NCBI GenBank assembly: GCA_963834405.1
Contig: CAWIBX010000006.1
Coordinates: forward strand, 281,577 to 345,576
Source: an uncultured Acidimicrobiaceae bacterium
Lineage (GTDB): Bacteria; Actinomycetota; Acidimicrobiia; Acidimicrobiales; RAAP-2
DNA: 64,000 nt
Direction: 5' to 3'
The notes below the pieces were generated by a model. It was given only the letters and a program-made list of their open reading frames with translations. It was not told the origin of the DNA and searched no databases. Shown here piece after piece: positions 35,411 through 45,027 of the stretch (position 1 is its first letter; every line of letters starts with the position of its first letter). The position numbers were made by a program, and so were the translations under genes.

Positions 35411-35865
35411 CGGTCCGCGAACTGGGGCACCTGGTGCTCTACGTGCGCGACGTGGGGCGCTCCGCCGCCTTCTACCGCGACGTCCTCGGGTGGCGCCAGG
35501 TCATCCCCGACCCGGCGGCCGACCCGGTCGGCGTCGCCGCCTTCTCGTCGGGGCGGACCCACCACGAGCTGCTGTTGATAGAGGTCGGCGCGGACGCGAC
35601 GCCCATCCCGGCGGGGCGGCGCGTCGGGATGTACCACTTCGGCCTCAGGGTCGGCGACACCGACGACGACCTGCGCGCCGCGCTGGCCGCCGTGCAGGCC
35701 GCCGGCGCGACCGTGGTCGGCGCGTCCGACCACACGGTGACCCACAGCCTCTACATCCTCGATCCCGACGGCAACGAGGTGGAGCTCTACGTCGACGTGC
35801 CCGGGGTGGACTGGGAGGCGGACCCGTCGCTCATCGGCGCCGCCGTGCGCCCCCTGTCGCTCTGA
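35407..35865 (+). CDS. VOC (glyoxalase/bleomycin-resistance/dioxygenase) family protein
   Basis: LGHLVLYVRDVGRSAAFYRDVLGW. ATGA overlap with the WS/DGAT stop. Confidence 0.85.
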   Translation: MTVRELGHLVLYVRDVGRSAAFYRDVLGWRQVIPDPAADPVGVAAFSSGRTHHELLLIEVGADATPIPAGRRVGMYHFGLRVGDTDDDLRAALAAVQAAGATVVGASDHTVTHSLYILDPDGNEVELYVDVPGVDWEADPSLIGAAVRPLSL

Positions 35866-35889
35866 CCGCGACGACTGCGGCCCTCCTCC

Positions 35890-36582
35890 ATGCAGACGGG
35901 TGAGCAGGGCGTGCCGGCCGTGGTGACGACGGTGCACGCCGGGGCCGGCGACGACCGGGGGACATTGGGACAGATGGCGGCGGCGGTCGAGGCGGCGGCC
36001 GCGGCGCTGCGGTCGGGCGGGATCGTCGTGGTGCCGACCGACACCGTCTACGGGCTGGCGGCACAGCCGGACGTCCCGGACGCGGTGCAGGCGGTGTACC
36101 GGGCCAAGGGCCGCCCGGCGGGGATGCACCTGCCCGTCCTGGCGGCGTCGGCCGAACAGGTGCGCGCGCTCGGCGTGGCGTTCGGCGCGCCGGCGTCGGT
36201 GCTGGCGGCGCGGTGGTGGCCCGGGCCGCTCACGCTGGCTTTCGCGTTCGAGCCCGGTGCGGCGCGGCCCGACTGGCTGGCCGACCGCGACGAGGTCGCC
36301 GTGCGCGTGCCCGACCACGCCTTCGTCCGCGCCCTGGTGCGCGAGACCGGCGTGCTGGTGGTGACGAGCGCCAACCCGCACGGGGCCGCCACCCCGCTGA
36401 CCGCGGAGGCCGCCTCGGCCAGCCTCGGGATGGCCTCCGACCTGGTGGTGGACGGCGGTGCGCTGACCGAGACGCCCTCGACCCTCGTGAACCTGGTCGG
36501 GCGCGTGCCCGTGGTGGAGCGGGAGGGCGCGATCCCCGCCGCCGAAATCTTCGAGGCGCTCGAGGCGCTGGGGCGGCGATGA
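35890..36582 (+). CDS. tsaC: L-threonylcarbamoyladenylate synthase (TsaC/YrdC family)
   Basis: GGIVVVPTDTVYGLAA and VTSANPHG. The true start may be the ATG at 35974. Confidence 0.85.
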   Translation: MQTGEQGVPAVVTTVHAGAGDDRGTLGQMAAAVEAAAAALRSGGIVVVPTDTVYGLAAQPDVPDAVQAVYRAKGRPAGMHLPVLAASAEQVRALGVAFGAPASVLAARWWPGPLTLAFAFEPGAARPDWLADRDEVAVRVPDHAFVRALVRETGVLVVTSANPHGAATPLTAEAASASLGMASDLVVDGGALTETPSTLVNLVGRVPVVEREGAIPAAEIFEALEALGRR

Positions 36583-37583
36583 GCGGGCTCCTCCTCGCGA
36601 TCGAGACGTCGTGCGACGAGACGGCGGCGGCCGTGGTCGACGACACGCTCGCGGTGCGCTCGTCGGTGGTGGCGAGCCAGGTCGATCTGCACGCCGGCTT
36701 CGGCGGCGTCGTGCCGGAGCTGGCCAGCCGCGCCCACGTCGAGACGATCACCGCCATCGTCGACCGGGCGCTCCAGGAGGCGGATGCCCGCGGGCCCGAC
36801 CTCGACGCCGTCGCCGTCACGGCCGGGCCGGGCCTGGTCGGCGCGCTGCTGGTGGGCATCGCCACCGCCAAGGCGCTCGGGCTCGCCTGGGGCGTGCCGG
36901 TGGTCGGGGTCAACCACCTGGAGGGCCACCTGGCCAGCGTGTTCCTGGCCGACCGCACGGTGCCCTACCCGCAGACCGCCCTGTTGGTCTCGGGTGGGCA
37001 CTGCATGCTCACCCGCGCCACCGCGCCGGGCCACTACGTCCTGTTGGGCGAGACGGTCGACGACTCCGTCGGGGAGGCCTACGACAAGGTGGCCCGGTTC
37101 CTCGGGCTCGGGTACCCGGGTGGGCCCGTGCTCGACCGCCTGGCGGCCGAGGCGGAGGCGGGGGACGTGCTGGGTTTCCCGCGGCCCATGCTCGGGGACG
37201 GGTACGCCTTCTCCTTCTCCGGGTTGAAGACCGCGGTCGTCAACCACGTGCGGGCCGATCCCGGCTTCTCGGTGGCCGAGGTGGCGGCGTCCTTCGTCGC
37301 GGCGTGCATGGACGTGCTGCTGGCCAAGCTGCGCCGCGCCCTGCAGGAGTACGGCGATCCGGCCGTCGCCATCGTCGGCGGCGTGGCGGCCAGCCCGATC
37401 CTGCGGGCGCGGGCCCGGGCGCTGGCCGACGAGTTCGGCGCGACGCTGCTCATTCCGCCCCAGGCGATGGCGACGGACAACGCGGCGATGATCGGCGTGG
37501 CCGGCTGGCAGAAGCTGGAGGCGGTGGGTCCGAGCGAGCCGTCGTTCGGCCCCGAGCCCGATCTGCGGCTTTCGTTCTCCTAG
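36579..37583 (+). CDS. tsaD: tRNA N6-adenosine threonylcarbamoyltransferase TsaD
   Basis: LLAIETSCDETAAAVV, VNHLEGHL, LLVSGGHC. ATGA overlap with tsaC. Confidence 0.95.
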   Translation: MSGLLLAIETSCDETAAAVVDDTLAVRSSVVASQVDLHAGFGGVVPELASRAHVETITAIVDRALQEADARGPDLDAVAVTAGPGLVGALLVGIATAKALGLAWGVPVVGVNHLEGHLASVFLADRTVPYPQTALLVSGGHCMLTRATAPGHYVLLGETVDDSVGEAYDKVARFLGLGYPGGPVLDRLAAEAEAGDVLGFPRPMLGDGYAFSFSGLKTAVVNHVRADPGFSVAEVAASFVAACMDVLLAKLRRALQEYGDPAVAIVGGVAASPILRARARALADEFGATLLIPPQAMATDNAAMIGVAGWQKLEAVGPSEPSFGPEPDLRLSFS

Positions 37584-37605
37584 GCACGCTGCTTGCGCGG
37601 TCGGG

Positions 37606-37905
37606 TCAGACGGCCTCGCGGTGGTGGCGGCGCGCCCGGCGGCGTCGCGCCCGCCCCCCGAACACGGTCGAGGAGAGGTCGAGGAGGAGGCCCAGGGCCA
37701 CGATCACCCAACCGAACCCGTCCACGCCCTTCCCCGGCGCATAGACGAGCGCGTAGAACAGGGTCGCATAGGGGATGAAGAGGAAGCCGAGGATCCCCTC
37801 CCAGCCCGAGCGGAACGCGATGGTCAGCCGGTCGGTGAAGAGCCAGACCAGGAAGAGCGCGAAGCGCGCGGAGAAGGCGGCGACGAGGGCGAAGAGGCAG
37901 CCCAC
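37606..37905 (-). CDS. Small membrane protein with Arg-rich C-terminal tail
   Basis: 99 aa, three hydrophobic segments, then RARRRRARRHHREAV. No family recognised. Confidence 0.45.
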   Translation of the reverse strand: MGCLFALVAAFSARFALFLVWLFTDRLTIAFRSGWEGILGFLFIPYATLFYALVYAPGKGVDGFGWVIVALGLLLDLSSTVFGGRARRRRARRHHREAV

Positions 37906-37928
37906 GGCTCAGACCGCTCCCACCGCGC

Positions 37929-39164
37929 TCAGACGGGCAGGCCGCCCGTGGCGGCCGCGGTCGACCCGGTGTCCTTGTACGCGGCGATGGTGCGCTCGGC
38001 GATCCGCATCTGGTGGATTTCGTCCGCCCCGTCGGCGAAGCGGGCCCAACGCGCGTGCTGGAGCATGTTGGCCAGCGGCGTGTCGGTGGAGTAGCCGAGC
38101 GCGCCGTGCACCTGCATCGAACGGTCGATGATGCGGTTGAGGCTGTTGGCCACGAAGTGCTTGGCCATAGAGACCTCGGTGCGGAAGTCATCACCGCGGT
38201 CGATCTTGTACGCGGCGTGCAGGACCATGAGCTTGCACTGGTAGAGCTCCATGGCGGAGTCGGCGATGAGCCACTGCACACCCTGCTTCTCCGCCAGGAG
38301 CGAACCGTGGGAATAGCGGTGCAGCGCGCGGTCGACCATCATGTCGAGCGCGGTCTCGGCCTGGGCGATCCAGCGCATGCAGTGCGCCAGGCGCGCCGGT
38401 CCCAGCCGGTACTGCCCGAGCCGGTGGCCGTTGCCGCGGCCACCCAGGATCTGGGCGTCGGGCACGCGCAGGTCCTGAATGACGATCTCCGAGTGCCCGG
38501 TCGCGCCGTGCATGGTCTCGACCTCGCGCACGTCGTTCCAGCCCTCGGCGGGCAGGTCGACGAGGAACGCCGTGTTGGCGCCCCGCGATCCGGACGGCAC
38601 GTCCGGCTCGGTGCGGGCGATCAGGATGGCGAACTGGGCGCGTCGCGCGTTGGAGATGAACCACTTGTGCCCGTTGATGATCCACTCGTCGCCGTCCTTC
38701 TCGGCGTGGGTCTGAATCAGGGTGGGATCGGAGCCCGCCACTTCGGGCTCGGTCATGGCGAAGCACGACATGGCGGTCCCCTCGCAGAGACGGCGCAGGT
38801 AGTTGTCCTTCTGCGCGTCCGTGCCCCAGTGCAACAGCGTGTGCATGTTGCCCTCGTCGGGCGCCATGCAGTTCAGGATCCAGGGGCCGAGACGGGTCTT
38901 GCCCGCCTCGGCCTGCACCATGGCCAGCTCCACGTGCCCGAGCCCCAAGCCGCCCCACTCCTCGGGCATGTGGGGCAGCCACAGGCCGGCCCGTTTGGCC
39001 TCCTCGCGGAGCTCCAGGATGGTGACCAGGTACTCGTGCCGCGCAGTGACCCGCCCCTCGTCGTCGAAATCCGCCACCCGTGGCTTGACGGTCTCCTGTA
39101 TGAACGTCCGCACCCGGGCACGGATCTCCTCGTGCTCGGGGGCGAGCGTGAAGTCGATGGCCAT
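37929..39164 (-). CDS. Acyl-CoA dehydrogenase
   Basis: MAIDFTLAPEHEEIR start, WFISNA, VHGALGYSTDTPLANMLQHARWARFADGADEIH. Confidence 0.9.
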   Translation of the reverse strand: MAIDFTLAPEHEEIRARVRTFIQETVKPRVADFDDEGRVTARHEYLVTILELREEAKRAGLWLPHMPEEWGGLGLGHVELAMVQAEAGKTRLGPWILNCMAPDEGNMHTLLHWGTDAQKDNYLRRLCEGTAMSCFAMTEPEVAGSDPTLIQTHAEKDGDEWIINGHKWFISNARRAQFAILIARTEPDVPSGSRGANTAFLVDLPAEGWNDVREVETMHGATGHSEIVIQDLRVPDAQILGGRGNGHRLGQYRLGPARLAHCMRWIAQAETALDMMVDRALHRYSHGSLLAEKQGVQWLIADSAMELYQCKLMVLHAAYKIDRGDDFRTEVSMAKHFVANSLNRIIDRSMQVHGALGYSTDTPLANMLQHARWARFADGADEIHQMRIAERTIAAYKDTGSTAAATGGLPV

Positions 39165-39322
39165 CGGCCGGATCATGCCAGAACAGCCGGCCCGGGCGCG
39201 CCGGGCCCCCGCAAAAGGGACCAAAGCCCCTACGCCCGGCGGCCGGACCCGGACGACAGTGGCAGCCCAGGAGCGGCGACCCGCCCGCCTGACGCGGGCC
39301 GCCCCGAACGAGGAGTGTTGCC

Positions 39323-39835
39323 ATGGCCAAGACCGACGGCGTCTTCATCTACATCGGGACCTACGGGAGCGAGGTCGACGCCAAGGCCGACTACGAGGTC
39401 GTCAAGGAGCTCCATTCCATGGGCGCGGTCGGCACCTACGACGCCGCGGTCGTCACCAAGGACGACAAGGGCAAGGTGCACGTCAACAAGGACGAGACGA
39501 CCACGCGTCACGGCGCCTGGGGCGGCGCCGGTGTCGGTGCGCTGGTCGGTATCCTCTTCCCTCCCTCCATCATCGGCTCGGCGCTCGTGGGCGCCGCGAT
39601 CGGCGGCGTGTCCGGTCACCTGTGGAAGGGCATGTCGCGGGCCGACGTGAAGGAGTTCGGCGACGCCATCGACTCCGGTGAGGCCGCGCTGGTCATCGTC
39701 GGCGAGACCACCATTGAGTCGTACATCCAGAAGGCACAGCTCAAGGCGCAGAAGCAGGTGGCCAAGGAGCTCCAGATCGACAAGAAGGACGTCGACGCGG
39801 CCGTGCAGGAGGCGGCCAAGGCGATCAAGTCCTGA
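39323..39835 (+). CDS. DUF1269-like membrane protein with glycine-zipper segment
   Basis: GAWGGAGVGALVGILFPPSIIGSALVGAAIGGVSG glycine-zipper helix flanked by soluble Lys/Glu-rich domains. Confidence 0.65.
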   Translation: MAKTDGVFIYIGTYGSEVDAKADYEVVKELHSMGAVGTYDAAVVTKDDKGKVHVNKDETTTRHGAWGGAGVGALVGILFPPSIIGSALVGAAIGGVSGHLWKGMSRADVKEFGDAIDSGEAALVIVGETTIESYIQKAQLKAQKQVAKELQIDKKDVDAAVQEAAKAIKS

Positions 39836-39862
39836 CGGCTGCGCCGCCCGCCCCCCGCGGGT

Positions 39863-41262
39863 CTAAAGGTGGCTGAAGCCCCCTGACTCCTCCTTCGTCA
39901 TGGGCACCGTGGCCGGGTGCTTGGCGAAGTGGGCGATGGACTCACGCAGGTCCGCGATGAGGAGCTCGCACAGGTCCCGGCTGACGCCCTGGCGTACCAG
40001 CACGCGCTGGACGGAGATGTCCGAGACCGAGCCGGTGAGCGGATAGGCAGGCACCTGCCAGCCCCGCACCCGCAGGCGGTCGGCGAGGTCGTAGAGCGTG
40101 TAGCCCGGGTCCTCGCCCTGCTTGATGCGCCAGGCCACCGACGGGATCCCCGTCTGCGGGTCCGAGTCGCAGAGGAGATCGAAGGGGCCGAGGTCGACGA
40201 TGTGTTCCGCGATCAGCTTGCCGGTGTCGTAGCAGGCGCCGTGGACGTTGCGATAGCCGTCACGGCCGAGCCGCACGAAGTTGTAGTACTGCGCGACGAT
40301 CTGGCCGGCGGGTCGAGAAAATTGATCTGGAAGACCGGCATGTCCCCGCCCAGGTAGGTCACGTGGAAGATCAGGTCGTCGGGCAACTCGGCGGTGTCGC
40401 GCCACAGGACCCATCCGACCCCCAGCGGTGCGAGCCCGAACTTGTGCCCCGAGGTGCTGATCGACTTCACCCGCGGGACCCGGAAGTCCCACGGGATGTC
40501 CGGCGCGCAGAAGGGGGCGAGGAAGGCACCGCTGGCGCCGTCCACGTGGATGTCGATGTCGAGGCCCTTCTCCTCCTGCAGCGTGTCGAGGGCCTGCGAG
40601 AGCTCGAGCACCGGCTCGTAGGAACCGGTGTAGGTCACCCCGAACGTCGGCACCACCATGATGGTGTTCTCGTCCACCCGCTCGAGCATCTGCTCGGCGT
40701 CCATCTGGTAACGCCCCGGTGCCATGGGGATCTCGCGGATCTCCACGTCCCAGTACTTGGCGAACTTGTGCCAGACCACCTGCACGGGCCCGCAGACGAA
40801 GTTGGGCGAGTCGGTGGACTTGCCGGCGGCCCGTCGCTTGGCGCGCCAACGCCACTTGGCCGCCATGCCGCCAAGCATGCACGCCTCCGAGGACCCGATG
40901 GCCGAGCAACCCACGGCCTCGCCCTTCTCGGGGGCGTTCCACAGGTCCGCCAGCATGTGCACGCACCGTCGCTCCAGCTCGGCGGTCTGCGGGTATTCGT
41001 CCTTGTCGATCAGGTTCTTGTCGATGGAGATGTCCATGAGCGCGTGGATCTGGGACTCCTCCCACGTCTGACAGAAGGTCGCCAGGTTCTGGCGGGCGTT
41101 GCCGTCGAGGAGCAGCTCGTCGTCGATCGCCTGGAAGGCCACGGTGGGCAGGACCTCCGCGGTCGGGAACGTGCTCGTGGGCAGTGCCCGTGTGGCGTCC
41201 CGGCTGGCGTAGACGGAATCGAGCATCTCCTCGCGCAGCGACTCCCGTTTGTGTAAAGGCAT
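39863..41262 (-). pseudogene. gad: Glutamate decarboxylase, interrupted by a 1-nt frameshift
   Basis: The N-terminal 315 aa are in one frame ([12 protein letters not shown]-Lys [14 protein letters not shown], ...[11 protein letters not shown]). The remainder, [22 protein letters not shown]... to the C-terminus, is in another frame. The switch is at the A4 run 40318-40321. Confidence 0.85.
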
Positions 41263-41365
41263 CGCGTCTCCCGGTCACTCGTCGGTCGACCGGTACGGTA
41301 CCGGCCGCCCGGGTGACGGTCGACCGCCTCCCTGGAGCCTCTCGGCGCTTTGGCTCTTTGGCGCG

Positions 41366-42268
41366 CTAGCTGGCGAGGAGCTGCAGATGCGGCTGCCCGG
41401 CGCGGCGCACGTTCGTCATCCGCCGAGCGGGCGGACGAGGAACTACGCGGTGCGGCGCGCCGTCGGAGCGATCGGCCAGCTTGGAGCGGAGCTGGCGCAG
41501 GGCCTTGGTGTGGATCTGGCACACCCGGCTCTCGGTCACACCGAGGACCTCCCCGATTTCGCTGAGCGTCAGCTCGTCGTAGTAGTACATCAAGAGAACG
41601 GTCCGCTCCCGTTCGGGCATGCCGTCCACGGCCGCGACGAGCGCCCGCTTGGACTCCTTCGCCTCGAGCGTGTCGACCGGGCCGACGCCGCGGTCCGGCA
41701 ACGACTCACCGAGGGTCGAGCGCTCGGTGCGGTCGCCCCGCGTCACCTCGTCGAGCGCCATGATGCCCACCGTCGAGATGCTCCGCATCACCTTGTGGAA
41801 CTCGTCCACCGTCAGCTCGAGCTCACCCGCCACCTCGACCTCCGTCGGGGTGCGGCGCAGCGTGGCCTCGAGGTGCGACACGGCCTGCTCGACCGCGCGG
41901 CCCTTCGTGCGCACCGATCGCGGGACCCAGTCGATGGACCGGAGCTCGTCGATGATGGCGCCCTTGATGCGCGGGATGGCGTAGGTCTCGAACCGCAGGT
42001 CGCGCTCGGGCTCGAACCGCTCAATGGCGTCGATGAGCCCGATGATGCCGTAGCTGACGAGGTCCTCCTCGTCGAAGTGCCGGGGGAGTCCCCCGAGCAC
42101 CCGTCCCGCCACGTACTTGACGAACGGTGCGTAGTACACGATGAGCTGGTTGCGCAGGGTCTGCGACCCGCACTGCTTGAACTCCGCCCACAGTGCGTCG
42201 ATACCACGCTCTACGGAGCTCTCCGCCTCCAGCGTCGTCGACGAACGACGCGACGAAAGTGTTGCCAC
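41366..42268 (-). CDS. Group-3 (FliA/WhiG-type, sigma-28-like) RNA polymerase sigma factor
   Basis: LIVYYAPFVKYVAGR and DLVSYGIIGLIDAIERFEP (region 2). LTLSEIGEVLGVTESRVCQIHTKALRQLR (region 4.2). Confidence 0.85.
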   Translation of the reverse strand: MATLSSRRSSTTLEAESSVERGIDALWAEFKQCGSQTLRNQLIVYYAPFVKYVAGRVLGGLPRHFDEEDLVSYGIIGLIDAIERFEPERDLRFETYAIPRIKGAIIDELRSIDWVPRSVRTKGRAVEQAVSHLEATLRRTPTEVEVAGELELTVDEFHKVMRSISTVGIMALDEVTRGDRTERSTLGESLPDRGVGPVDTLEAKESKRALVAAVDGMPERERTVLLMYYYDELTLSEIGEVLGVTESRVCQIHTKALRQLRSKLADRSDGAPHRVVPRPPARRMTNVRRAGQPHLQLLAS

Positions 42269-42791
42269 GATGTGTCCCCCTCTTCACGTGACATCGTCCG
42301 ACTCGATGCCACTCCCCCCTCTCAGGGTCACACCAGTCTGAAGTGATGACCTCTGTGCGATCAGGAGTATCGATTACTCTATCTGATCACGTTTCCGCAG
42401 GTGGGTTGCGTATTCGGTGTAGTCCGGTTGCGGAGCGAACGGGTCAAAACGTCCGCGGTCGTGCGCTGGCCGACCCAACCCCCACCCCCGAATTCAGGGC
42501 TTCGCGAAACATCTCGACGCGGGTGCGCGACCGCCCGCGCGGAACGTCCCGCGGCGAGCCCGCGGCACCGGCAGGGGCGGGCTGACGATGCGCCGTGACG
42601 GACAGTGACCCCGCCACCATGGGGCTTTGGACCCACTCGGACGCGCAGCGTCGCCGCTCACGCGCTGTGTCGGAGTCAGGCGGCGCATGCAACCTGAATG
42701 CCACCGGTCTCTGGGCATTTTGATCACACATCTTTCTCAAGATGGCTGGCCAAACGGCCGAAATTGTCTGTACCGAGGGGGGTGGGAATCA

Positions 42792-43637
42792 GTGAGCAAG
42801 ACAGTGCTCGATATGCCCGAAGACAGCGTGCGGCGTTCGGATGTCCCGATGGACAGCGCGACCCGTGCGCCGTCCCGTCACACGCTCCTGCCGGTCGGGC
42901 CCCAGGAGACCGTGACGCCGGCTGCGTTCGGCACCGGTGAGCCCAAGACGGCCCGGACCATCCTGGTGGCCGAGGACGACCCCAGCTGCCGTTCCGCCCT
43001 GCACCACTACTTCGAGCGTTCCGGTTACCGCGTCACCGAGGCGGCGGATGGTCCGTCGTCGCTGCGGGCCGTGTTCTCGCAATCGGCCGACCTGGTGATC
43101 CTGGACCTCGGACTGCCCGGTGTGGACGGTGCCGAGGTCCTGACCAAGATCCGCCGGCACAGCGCCATCCCGGTGATCGTGTGCTCCGGGCGGGACTCGG
43201 AGGACCAGCGCATCCGGATCCTCAACATGGGCGCCGACGACTTCGTCGTCAAGCCGTTCTCGTTCGCCGAGCTGGAGGCCCGGGTCCGCGCCGTGCTGCG
43301 GCGCGGCGTCGCCACCCCGACCTCCTCGCGCATCACCCATGGTGACCTGGTCGTGGACCGTGGCACCCGGACGGTGGCGATCGGGGACGAAGTGATCCCC
43401 ATGACGCGCAAAGAGTTCGACCTCCTCGCCTTCATGGCGGCGTCGCCCGGACAGGTCTTCTCCCGTGAGGACCTGCTCGAACGGGTGTGGGGCTCGACCG
43501 CCCAGTGGCAGGGCCGCTCGACCGTGACCGAGCACGTCCGGCGGGTGCGACTCAAGATCGAGACCGACTCCGACCACCCCGAGTGGATCACCACGGTGCG
43601 CGGAATCGGCTACCGGTTCTGCGCGCCGGAGGCGTAA
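42792..43637 (+). CDS. OmpR-family response regulator with ~60 aa N-terminal extension; no adjacent kinase
   Basis: ILVAEDD...LVILDLGLPGVDG...VKPF receiver domain. Winged helix MTRKEFDLLAFMAASPGQVFSREDLLERVWG...TVRGIGYRF. Start could be the GTG at 42792 or the ATG at 42813. Confidence 0.85.
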   Translation: MSKTVLDMPEDSVRRSDVPMDSATRAPSRHTLLPVGPQETVTPAAFGTGEPKTARTILVAEDDPSCRSALHHYFERSGYRVTEAADGPSSLRAVFSQSADLVILDLGLPGVDGAEVLTKIRRHSAIPVIVCSGRDSEDQRIRILNMGADDFVVKPFSFAELEARVRAVLRRGVATPTSSRITHGDLVVDRGTRTVAIGDEVIPMTRKEFDLLAFMAASPGQVFSREDLLERVWGSTAQWQGRSTVTEHVRRVRLKIETDSDHPEWITTVRGIGYRFCAPEA

Positions 43638-44073
43638 GCACCGCACTGGTCCTGTCGCGAGGCGCTCGAGGCCCGGAGATCGCCCCGGCCCTCGCCGCCG
43701 CCGCACCAACGGTTCGACAACCAATGGTCCAAAGGGCCTATGGAGTGAACCGGGCGTTGCCGAGAGACTGGTACTGCGGAGCCCGGGGGTGAGGGCGTAG
43801 CCCGCAGGCCTCCGGCCGGGCGGGTCGCAAACGCCGGGTGACGCACCGCACCATTGCGGACGAGGGGGAAACGTTCACGGTCGATTCGCTGTGCGCGCCC
43901 GGCCGGCTGTGCCGGGACGTACGCATGCAGCCGATGCACCGGATCTGGTGCCCGCCGCCCAGCTGTGGTCGCCGGACGGACCGGTCGCTGTCCGGCCCGA
44001 GCCACGCACCACGTAGCGGCACCCGCAGGAACGAGCGGACGGGACGACGGGAAGGCCTGCGCTCGAGCATTGG

Positions 44074-44870
44074 GTGGGAACGATGACGTCCCATCTCGAC
44101 GTGGGCCACGGTCCCGCGCTCCGGTACCCGGACCTGCGTTCGGTGCGCGACACGCACGGCCCGACGCTGCGCTCGGGGACGGGACGCACCATCCTCGTGG
44201 CCAAGGACGACGACGCCTACGGCGGCGCGTTGCACGAGTACTTCGAGCACTCCGACTACCGCGTCAGCGAGGCCGCCGACGGCCCGGCGTCGCTGCGGGC
44301 CGTCTTCCAGCACTCGGCCGACCTCGTGATCCTCGATCTGGCGCTGCGGGGCGGGGGCGCCAAGGTTCTGACCAAGATCCGCCGGTCACAGTGCGCTCCC
44401 GGTCATCGTGTGCTCCGGCCGCGACTCGGAACACGACCGCATCCGCCTGCTCAACCCCGGTGCCGACGACTACGTGGTCAAGCCGGTCTCCTTCGCCGAG
44501 CTGGAGGCCCGCGTGCGCGCCGTACTACGGCGGGTCGCCGTTGTCCCGGCGGTGGCGCAGCTCGACCTGGGCGAGCTCGTGATCGACCTGGCGACCCGCA
44601 GGGTCACGGTGCACGGCGACGAGATCACCATGACCCGCAAGGAGTTCGACCTGCTCACCTTCCTGGCGTCCTCGCCCGGGCAGGTCTTCTCGGCGTGAGG
44701 AGCTGCTCGAGCGGGTCTGGCGCTCCACGGCGCAGTGGCAGGCCCGCTCGACGGTGACCGAGCACGTCCGCCGGGTGCGCCAGAAGATTGAGCCCCGGCC
44801 GGGCACGCCCAGGTAGATCACCACCGTGCGCGGGATGGGCTATCGCCTCAGCCTGCCCGACGCCTCCTGA
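44074..44870 (+). pseudogene. Decayed tandem paralog of the OmpR-family response regulator
   Basis: Collinear with 42792..43637 but spread over three frames. It has two +1 insertions (near 44385-44400 and 44690-44698) and a TGG-to-TAG change (PRPGTPR*ITTVRGMGYRL). The acidic pocket is altered (AKDDD, DLALRGGG). Confidence 0.8.
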
Positions 44871-45027
44871 GCCCGGATCGCACTTGACCCGATCGGGCCA
44901 GGTGGGAGCCCGGGGGCGTCCGGGACGGACCGTCGGGCCGGTTTTGTGCCCGGAGCCCGAAAAAGGGCCGAAGGACCCCCTTTCATTCCTCACCGAAACC
45001 TCGCAATTCCAGGTCAGATGGGCCAAA

